Source of the DNA: Eledone cirrhosa
Taxonomy: Eukaryota
Assembly: GCA_964016885.1 (NCBI GenBank)
Contig: OZ024741.1
Location: 193,812,001-193,876,000 of the forward strand
Length of the DNA stretch: 64,000 nucleotides
Reading direction: 5' to 3'
Under the pieces are notes generated by a model. That model was given only the letters and a program-made list of their open reading frames with translations. It did not search any database and was not told the DNA's origin. Each line of letters opens with the position of its first letter. Position 1 is the first letter of the stretch. Of this stretch, positions 54,801-64,000 are shown piece after piece. The position numbers and the translations under genes are program-made.

Positions 54801-57800
54801 GTCGCCATGACTTTTGGTGCAGAGTTCAACCCGAAGCCAAGCCTGGTCAGGCAGTATGTCTGGCCCTTATACCTGACCAGTTGATATTCCCACAGCTTCT
54901 CATCCACGTGCAACTGAAGATATGCCGACTTTAAGTCGACAATCGTGGAGGACCCCGTCATTCGTCTCCACTCTCGCAAGGTTTTCCCGCAAACATCCGT
55001 GACCTCACTGCCTGTGTGGCATGACACGTGTTCGTTCAGCTCATGAAAGTCCAACACTGGCCTAACCTTGTTCTTCATGGGCTGCACCACTGCCATTAGC
55101 GGCAACACTCCACACCTCACCTCCTCCTTCCAGGGAATCAGTATACCCTCCTCGATCCATCTCTGTGCCTCTCCCTCAAACTCTCTTCTGGCATCTCCTT
55201 TCAAGGTATGCTGATTGCAGCCCACTCTATTCTTCAGCGTTGGTGGATCTCCCTTCCACTACCACTCAACTACTCACCGCTGCCCATCGAACACCGCCCT
55301 GAAATCCTTGTCCTGTATGGCATTTTCTTCTTGGATCCCCCTGTTCTTCGTGGTCTCTCCCAGCACACTCACGGCACATGATGTCTCCTCGTTACCAAAC
55401 GTTACCCCGACTTCACTCACTGTAACACCTCCTAAGCAGCCAATCGCATCCATGCCCATTACTACATAGATTCCGCCCACCACCTGGTCAATCACGATCG
55501 CCCGAAGCTTAATTTTTCTTCCCCGAACCACCATCGACACCTCGCTGCTACCTTTGCATCTAATCTCCCTGCTGTCGACTGCACTTATACTGCTCATCCC
55601 GCCTCACTTTTTAACCACCTCTGTGGTCACTAGTGTTGTCGTGCAACCCGTGTCTACGAGTGCTCGCAATGGCTTCCCCCCACCAGAACTTCCACTACGG
55701 GCAGCGACTGCAAAGGCGCCTCTACTTGCTTCCAAGGGTGGCTACCGGCACAGTAGCCCCCCCCCCCCCTTGGACCATTTCCCTGGTCGCAATGATTGGT
55801 GATGTGGCTTGACGCTTGCAACGTAGCAGATTATGGCCGACTTCGGCTCTCTGCAGTCCCTTGCCATGTACGGGCCCTGGCACCTGAAGCACCGGCCTCC
55901 GAACGCACGCGGACGACTATTCACAGCGGCTGGTCTCCTTTCGTCGGTCGCTGTCGACTGCCATGGGCTTCCGTCGCTGCCAGCGCTGCAACATTCTACT
56001 CCGTGTCCTGTGTTATTACGCGGGCCTGCACGATTAGTTCGCTCATGCTCATCTCTCTGTTGCCAGGCAGCTGTTGGAGCCTCACTGAGATGTCGTCCGG
56101 GAACCCGTACATAAACGCCGCCCGCACGGCACATTTGCGTTCTACCGCGAATCCGGCCAACGTAGCCAACCGCCGTAACTCTCTTGCGAACACCTCTACG
56201 TGTTCTCTCTTCCGTCCTGCTCTGCCTAGCTTGGCAAAAGCAGCATACGGCTCCTCGGTGAACGCTTCCCTAAGCGTTGCCCTATCTTCACCGCGTTCTG
56301 TTGATCTCTCTCGTCCATCTCGAGATACAATGCCAGTGCATCTCCATCGAGATATAGAGCGATCAAACCAGCAACGTTGTCAATGCCTTGCAGCGAGGCA
56401 ACCAATGTAACTTTTATCAACCAGGCAACAACATCTCCCTCGCCGTTAAAAGCCTTGATCGCCTCGCTACTCACTTTCAATTTCGCCGCCATCTCCCCTG
56501 TGAGAGCGGAGAAGTCAACAATACCCCCACGTTAAAAAAAAAAGGTAAACTAAAACGCTGCCGTGCCGGGCGTAAGAATGTCGAAAGATGGGAAAATTCT
56601 TTAAACGCCGAAATAGCTTGTAGCCAGAGGCATTCGGACTTATCTTGCGTCTTTCTATCACTCGTTCCACCGTCCACGTGGGGTACTTCCAAACAGCGTC
56701 TGTCTTCACACGGCCCGTCTCCTCACGGTGCCAACAGCCAAGTGGCCACTGCCCACCGCTTGGTCCCTCATGTCACCCCCGTCCTCCTCATTCTGGTCAG
56801 GCACCCCCAACTTCCAGCAATCACCCTCCCACTGCAGCTCTACACTCCCCTCCCTCTATCTCACGGCAGCCCCACAATTGTTATGCCCTCTCTCAATGTA
56901 CTTTTGTTATGTACTCTCTCAATCAGCTTCAAGTATTCGTGAATGTCGAATTTTCTTCCAAACTTTAAAAGGAATTTCAACTTTTTTCTCAAAGTCAAGG
57001 ACTCGAATAGCTCTATTGGATGAAATCTTTGTAAGGCGATTTCCAAAATTGCCCGAGACACGTTGGAATTATTTATCTCGACAGGTATCTATTTTATCCG
57101 ATAAAATTACTATGTTTTCTGAGCAATATTAGAAAATCCAGAGGATTGGAATGCTTCAGAATTAGCACAGGCAAGGGGATTCGTTGCAATCCTAGAAGGT
57201 TTTCAATTTAAATTTTTATTAGTAGTTTTTCGAACCATATTGAGTGACTCAGAAATTCTGTTTTCCATCCTCCAAAAAAGTTCACTTGATATTTCGAGGT
57301 GCATTCATGAGGTTGAAAACTTCCAGAAACAATTGGTTGATATCTAGAACAAGTTTTTTTTTGGGGGGGGGGGGGTTACTGCCGAGTTCTAGATAGTGTT
57401 ACTGAACCACCGGAGAAGCGTGGTCGATATGAAGAACCAGAAGCTGTTTTAAGAACTTTGTTTAACAACATTTTGGATAAAGTTATTGTTCACGTTGAGC
57501 AAAGATTTAAAACAATGCGAGAGTTCAGATTTGTGGAATTGTTGAATCCGAAACTTTTTTCACACTTACGAAAGAAAATTTCCGATGGAAGCGTTTTCAT
57601 CTTTGGATGTCTAATTAAACATATTCGATTTGGATGGATTGAAATGCGAGCTGAAATCTGTTTATGCTGCAGATATCTCAAAGCAAGCGTCAAGCATTCA
57701 GGAAGTCACAGACATAATACGGGAACTTGAACTAAATCAAGCTCTGGCAGAAGTGACACAATTATTATGCCGACCATACCTGCCACATATGCTTCATGTG

Positions 57801-58010
57801 AGAGATCGTTTTCTTCATTAAAACGAGTAAATAATTATATAAGGCGTTCTCTAAGTGAAGAGAGATTGAGCAATTTGGTCTTCATTTCCATGAATAAAGA
57901 CCTTTTGAAGAAGATGAAGTTAGAGCGTGGTGCTGATATATTTTATAGCAAAGTGATCGAGGAATTTGCTAAAAAGAAACGAAGAATTGAACTGATTTAC
58001 AAATTAATTT
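51900..58010 (+). mobile_element. Decayed hAT (ZMYM1/Tip100-like) transposase, interrupted by an LTR element
   Basis: TTF-type finger (VFCLLCLLF), GHDE, FDETTD, QTYDGA, FVHC|YA, TRWN, and the dimerisation domain PATYASCERSFSSLKR. Many stops; termini uncertain. Confidence 0.9.
52963..56876 (-). mobile_element. Full-length decayed Ty3/Gypsy-type LTR retrotransposon
   Basis: TG...CA LTRs at 52963-53214 and 56619-56876; 5 bp TSD ATTGT. Gag CFRCQGPY..RDC, PR LVDTG, RT YIDD, RNase H DASS, IN GNGIVE; PPT agataagggga. Confidence 0.96.
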
Positions 58011-58301
58011 TAAATATTTCATTATTTGAAGGTTTTATTATTTACTCAAATTTCTCACGTAATCAATATCATTACAGCTCGTCGCCGGGATGTTACTAAT
58101 GGGGAGACATCATGTCTGGTGGAGAGGGGTATCAAGCCTTAAGTGTGGTCTGTTGGTAGATGAACATTTTCTGACATTAAACAAATGGAGGAGAGGACGA
58201 CGAATAATTTTGCGAATGGGGTTGGGTCGGGGTAAGGCTCCACAGCCCCACTCTCCGCCATGGATTGCATGTCCTGCTTTTCCAAGTTACTCTTCGCCAC
58301 T

Positions 58302-58339
<38 letters not shown>

Positions 58340-58362
<23 letters not shown>

Positions 58363-59355
58363 AGATAAAAACCAAGTTTGTTTGTTGATCGAGATTTACA
58401 AAAAATCCTGAATACATTGGTCATAATTAAAGTATTGACTGGAACAGCTCTCTCATGATCTATCTACATCACCGTGTCATTGGTTTTTCTCTCAGTAAAC
58501 CATTTGATTTTAATCGATTTATTTCGATATTTTTTACATTTTTTTTTTTTTTTCAATAAAATTAGTAAAAATGTAAGGGGACCTACTCTTACATTATTTA
58601 AAATTAATTACAAAATTTGCTAATAACTGTTATATACTATACAGATATTGATTCATACATGTGTGTCTACGCATATATATTTCTACATGTGTATGCATAT
58701 ATATATTTCTACATGTGTATAAATATATATATGTAATACTTAGGGAGATTCAGCATGTGTAAGCTTAAATGTAATTCTCAGCATGTGTAAGCTTAAATGT
58801 AATTCTCAGATTCAGCATATGTACGCTTAAATATAATTCTCATGGAGATTCAGCATGTGTACGCTTAGGTATAATTTTCCGGGAGATTCACAATGTGTAC
58901 ACTTAAATGTAATTCTCAGGGAGATTCAGCAAGGCATGGTGTTTGACAAGGCTGAATATTTCACACAAAGACATGACCAAAAGAGGATATGAATGAAAAC
59001 CAACACACCGACACACCTGTCATGCCACACAACATATTCCCCATTAAACATTTGGGCGAGGTGGTATTTAGAATGAAAGGGGTAGTAGGAAGGACACAGG
59101 GTCCCAGTGAAGGAAAAGAGACGATAACAAAATATAAGAGGAGAGGACTTATACATTTTTAAAGATTAATTTACGCTATTTGCCAATAACTGTTATATAC
59201 ACATATTGATTTAAGTGTATGCATGCTGAATCTCCCAACAATTGAAGAATAAATGGAATTTAGAATAACTAATTTCTATATTACATGTTTTGATTTCATC
59301 CTCTCATATATAAGGACCTCTTTCATTCCCGAGCAATGCCGGGTACCTCTGCTAG
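58340..59355 (+). mobile_element. Non-autonomous Helitron with internal ~35 bp tandem repeats
   Basis: 3' cccgagcaatgccggg hairpin plus CTAG|T; repeats of gattcagcatgtgtaagcttaaatgtaattctc at 58743-58930; 5' end approximate. Confidence 0.7.
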
Positions 59356-60087
59356 TATATATATATATATATATATATAAAGGAACAAAGAATCAGTGTT
59401 GCATCATTTACATATTACATATGTTTCACTTTACTCCCAGTTTGACTGACTTGCTTCCTGTGTAAGTTTAACACTTCTATTTTATATTGGTAGTTCGATT
59501 TTATATTGCAACTTGGCTCTTGAGTATATACATGTTTGAAACTGGTTGAGAGAATATTTTTGGCGGGAATTCCACATTTAGAATTCAACCCATCAAAACG
59601 TGTTTATTCTCAACAGCAGTCTTTCTTTTTTTTTAGAAGTCATGTCTCGACAGCATTGAACAGGCTCACATTGAGTGCAGATGTGTTCACTTTAAAGACT
59701 AAATTGTTGGGAAGGGCAATCCTGCTGAAGACATACTGAAACCCCAATTGCATAATATTTGCTGATATTAGGCAATTCTCTGTATATGACACTTTTAATA
59801 ACAACTGTTATAGAGAGAATGCTGCGCAGAAGCGAGATATGTCCAGGAATTTCATACTGAAGTATAATTACCAAAAAACTGCCATCTTACTTACATTGTG
59901 TACACTCTGAATGGTGGCTTGCATTTTCTCACTTTCAAGCCTATTATTTCACTGAGTGAGCGAGTAGTGACCGGGGGTTCGCTGAAATAAATTCGGTGAC
60001 CTTTGTAAACATACATACATACATACATACATACATACATACATACATACATACATACATACATACATACATACATACATACATACA

Positions 60088-60546
60088 TGGTAGCTGCCAA
60101 CTCGTTTTCGAGTACGGCCACTACTTTATATCCATGTAGGAGAACCCCTACCGATGCGCTGAACAAGTGTGACTTTTTAGTCCAGCCAGCGACTTGAAAA
60201 CTCTGGTACAAACACTACACTTGTGACAATTATTGACACATAGTGTTGGGCCCATGGTACCATGTGACGACAAGTGCAGAGAGATCTCCAGATATAAAGC
60301 AATGCCTGTGCCGTGAAGCTTTTATAGTGAGCAAAGGCACTGCACAAACCCAGTCCCACTCTCTTAACCAAGATGATATTTACCAAAAAGAAGAACAAGT
60401 CAACATCATTGGATACCATCAGGGTTGCAGGTGTTATATCAGAGTTTTCCTTCTCCTAGAATTCTGCCTTGACAAAGGCTAAGGGGTCATCTCTCCCGGT
60501 GATTTTGGATGGCCATTGACTCTTAAGAGCTCCTTTGCCCTTTGAT
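60088..60546 (-). mobile_element. Second copy of the (TACA)n-associated RTE-UTR-like element, 5'-truncated
   Basis: Near-identical to 16375-16832; (TACA)n on both sides. Confidence 0.8.
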
Positions 60547-60766
60547 ACATACATACATACATACATACATACATACATACATACATACATACATACATAC
60601 ATACATACATACATACATACATACACACTACAACAACCAGTATATAAAACCAGCCTGCTGAGAGAAACAGGTAGGAAAAGGAAGAAGAAAAGCGAAACAA
60701 ACGAAACATTGGAAATTATAAATTAAATAAAACAAAAATAAAGGAAATAAGGAAAATATAATATTT

Positions 60767-61110
60767 TCTCTCAGGTCTTGAATAATCCCCTCCCATACTG
60801 TTTATTAATTTTTCGGATTTTTTCCACCTCCCCCTGCTTTTATTCCGCACCCCACACGCCCGCTTATTAAATTTTGCTAATCTATCTCCGGCGAAATGTT
60901 ATTGTAAGTGATTCATATTGATACAGCAGCTGGAGAATCTAATAATAATTTTATTTTATATTAAAAAAAACATTATATGTGACAAAAAAAGAACATTACA
61001 AGAAATCCCATATTTACAAACATACACTATACAATTACCAATTTCCCAACCTCGCCGTTTATCCCCCACTCGGTTTATTCCAAGCCCCCTATTATTTGGG
61101 ATCCGAGAGT
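60767..61110. mobile_element. MITE with degenerate TIRs
   Basis: ctctcaggtcttgaataat versus attatttgggatccgagag-ta. Confidence 0.5.
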
Positions 61111-61199
61111 AAATGAAACCCTCAAAAAAAGAAAAGAAAAAAAGCGAATTAAGAAACGAAGGTAAAGAAGTACAACAGTATCAAGTGTATAAGAGGACA

Positions 61200-61770
61200 A
61201 CTTGATGTTCATAATGTGTCGGAGACAATGCTGATGAATCCTTTCCAGCTGCCTGATGTGATGCCTGTAAGTTGTTCAAGTTTTTGCATCCAAATAGCAG
61301 GACTGTAAGGAACAGGCCTCATACACAAAGAACTTTGTGTTTCTCGTGATACCACGATTTGACCAGACTCGCTTCTCAAGCTTCCAGAAAACAAAACTCG
61401 CTTTCGCAATCCTGTGATCTATTTCAGTATCGAGAGTACCATTTCTACTAAGTGCGCTTCCATGATACACATAGCTGTCCAACACCTCAAGTCTTTTTTC
61501 TCTAACCAATATGCCTGGCTCCACATACACTTCCTTCACTGTATATGGACTTGTCTTTTTATGATAATATTTAGCCCAAACAAAGTGCTCATATTGGAGA
61601 AGGTGTCCAATATTAACTGATTGCCCTTTATAGTGTGTGGCCACAAAATCTGTATCATCAGCAGTTTTCCAACACAAGCAGAAATGCAGAAAAAACATAA
61701 CTATAAAAGTGCTCGCAGAGCAAACATACACAGTCAGTAATCAGCCTTTGAATAACGAAAGTACGATTCA
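61200..61770 (-). mobile_element. Old RTE LINE RT fragment
   Basis: ADDTDFVA, LEVLDSYVYHGS, IAKASFVFWKLEKRVW. Confidence 0.8.
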
Positions 61771-62228
61771 TTAGGAAGAAAGCACCAAGTCTGAACCGTC
61801 GGAATGACCTGGGCTCTTGGAAACCACTGTACACATACTCCGACGTGTAATGGATTTGCCAAAAAAACAAAACAGAGTATGATGAATGATATTACATCCG
61901 AAAGCGCTTACTGACCTTACTAACTCAGCAATAAGGCTCGTAAACAATAACTGTGAACCAGTTAACTATAAATATTCTAAATTTATACTAATCCTATTCC
62001 CAATTCCACCCTCAAGTCCTATAGATTTAATTTTAATTTAATTTTTTAATTTTTTAATTTTTTAATTTTTTAAATTATTTTTAATGCCTTTTTATTCGTT
62101 TTCTCTTTCACTTCTTTCTTCCCTTCAGATCCCTATAGCTCATTCATCCCACATCTAGCTTACCCCTCAATCACCACTTACGTAACACTACCAGGGACGA
62201 CGTGCAACTACATAGTCTACACATCCCA

Positions 62229-62277
<49 letters not shown>

Positions 62278-62355
62278 ACCACCCCACTCTCAAGAGCGTG
62301 AAACTAATAAACCTTTGTTCGTACTGCCTCTCTGTTTTGTTCCCGTTCAATTTTT

Positions 62356-62401
<46 letters not shown>

Positions 62402-62597
62402 TGTTATACTTGGGGAGGGTCATTTTGTTGTAATAATATCGCCAGAAATAGTCACCACTTTAAAACTCATAGCGAATGGCTTTCTAAATGTTTTTAATTA
62501 AACATACAGTATATTGCCAAATATACTATACATACATTCATGTATACATCGCTATTTCAGAGCACCAATACTTTTATTTTATATATATATATATACA

Positions 62598-63420
62598 TAA
62601 ACTGCCAAAGTCCAAAAGTCCATCTCAACAGCCGATGACCATGGAGTTCTGTTTCTGTTTTTCGTTTATATTTTTATTTTCAAAAAATAATTTTTTAAGG
62701 TTTTCCCATAAAAAATTATTTTTCGTTTTCCCTTGTTTTCGTTCGTTGTTTTGTCCTCTCTTTGTTAATTTTCCAACGTGTATCTACTAATGTGTAACGA
62801 ACGTGTTCTCTCTTCTCCCTCCATTAATTTCAATGACTTACATTTTTAACACGATATCTTACTTTCTTCTTCTTACCTTTTTTCCCTTCCATTTCCTTTT
62901 TCTTCCTTTCTTTTCCTTTGTTTCACTCATAAGAAGTCCGTGTTATAAAACACAATACTTTCTCTCTGACATCACACAAAATTCTATGTATACTTCTTAT
63001 TATTTTGTCTTGTATCTTATTCCATGGACGGCGCTTTGGTTTGTGTCAGATGCTGTTACCCCTGGTGGACCAGTAGTACCGTTGGTAGGGGGTCGAAACT
63101 GCCAAAGTCCATCTCAACGGTCGATTACCATGGAATTCTGTGTTTTTCGTTTGTATTGTTATTTTTTAAAACAAAAAAAAATTTTTAAGGTTTCCCTTTC
63201 AAAAAATTGTTTTGCGTTTTGCTTTGTTTTCGTTCGTTGTCTTTTCCTCTCTTTGTTTATTTTCCTAAATTTATCATTACTAATCTGTGACGAACATGTT
63301 CCCCACCATAATAATTTCAATAACTTACATTATTAACACGATATCTTACTTCCTTCTTCTTGCTCTTTTTCTTCCTTTCTTTTCCTTTGTTTCATTCATG
63401 AGACTTTCCTCCTATAAAAC
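62598..63420 (+). mobile_element. Diverged ~1.6-mer of a ~498-nt unit with a degenerate hammerhead at the junction (63048-63114)
   Basis: aaactgccaaagtccatctcaac..gat.accatgga at 62598 and 63096; agatg CTGTTA cccct...agggggtc GAAA ct-gccaa-ag TC catct. Confidence 0.65.
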
Positions 63421-64000
63421 ATTACATTTTTTTCGTTTTGCCTTGTTTTCATTCGTTGTTTTGCTCTCTCTTTGCTTATTTTCCTGTATATAAATGTGTG
63501 TGTGCGTGTGTGTGCGTGTGCGCGCGATGGCAACCTCTTCATGATCGGATAGGGCTATCAAACGATATCAGTTTGAGTCCCAAGGGTGTTAACTGTCTGT
63601 CATCCACATCATTCAAAGATCCCACGATATCGAGTGATGTCTGTGCATAAAGCTTTTTACAGCGAGGAAAGGCTTTGCACTGGGCCACACTCAATGAACA
63701 ACAATAGCTATAATCCGAAAAGAACAGAAATATATATATCATCGATTGCTATTGAACTGTAGGCTTTACATCAGTTTCTTTCTCCAAGGGCGATAGCATA
63801 ACGAGGACCAAGGATTTCTCACTTCCAGTCCATATTAGTAGCATGACACAGTCCATTTATTAAGTCAGTTGATCGAGCTTGTTATTGTGTCGTTTCTCCC
63901 TTTTCCTCTTGTTATCCTGCTTCCTTTCGTCTTCAATATCGATGCTTAGATCATAGAATAACTTCCGCTATATTGGTCAGTCATCAATATAATGCCTCCA

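Noticed and set aside
51390-58092. Exact hAT TIRs (cagccccggcg / cgccgggatg)
   Set aside because: The match is short and imperfect and there is no 8-bp TSD.
51983-58099. Host ZMYM1-like zinc-finger gene
   Set aside because: Many stops, frameshifts and an LTR insertion mark it as a dead transposase.

Overview
AT-rich, microsatellite-dense animal genomic DNA. The SINE families and the repeat landscape suggest a coleoid cephalopod, probably Octopus (inference, not verified). Only one host gene is recognisable: a short intronless InaF-motif/INAFM2-like CDS on the minus strand (26284-26571). There is also a full-length U6 snRNA pseudogene. The rest is mostly mobile DNA: tRNA-derived SINEs, Tx1/L1, RTE, CR1 and RLE-type (CRE-like) LINE fragments, two decayed full-length Ty3/Gypsy LTR elements (one nested in a hAT transposase), three Helitrons, MITEs, Penelope remnants, and several tandem arrays. 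The most striking unannotated signal is about a dozen small type I hammerhead ribozyme motifs from several apparently unrelated non-coding families. Three have intact cores (11562-11604, 13837-13918, 25842-25907). They mostly sit in (TA)n tracts, often as 1.5-mer direct repeats of 310-520 nt units or as fold-back inversions, as expected for Penelope-mobilised retrozyme-like circular RNAs. Repeat boundaries were read by eye and may be off by a few bases.
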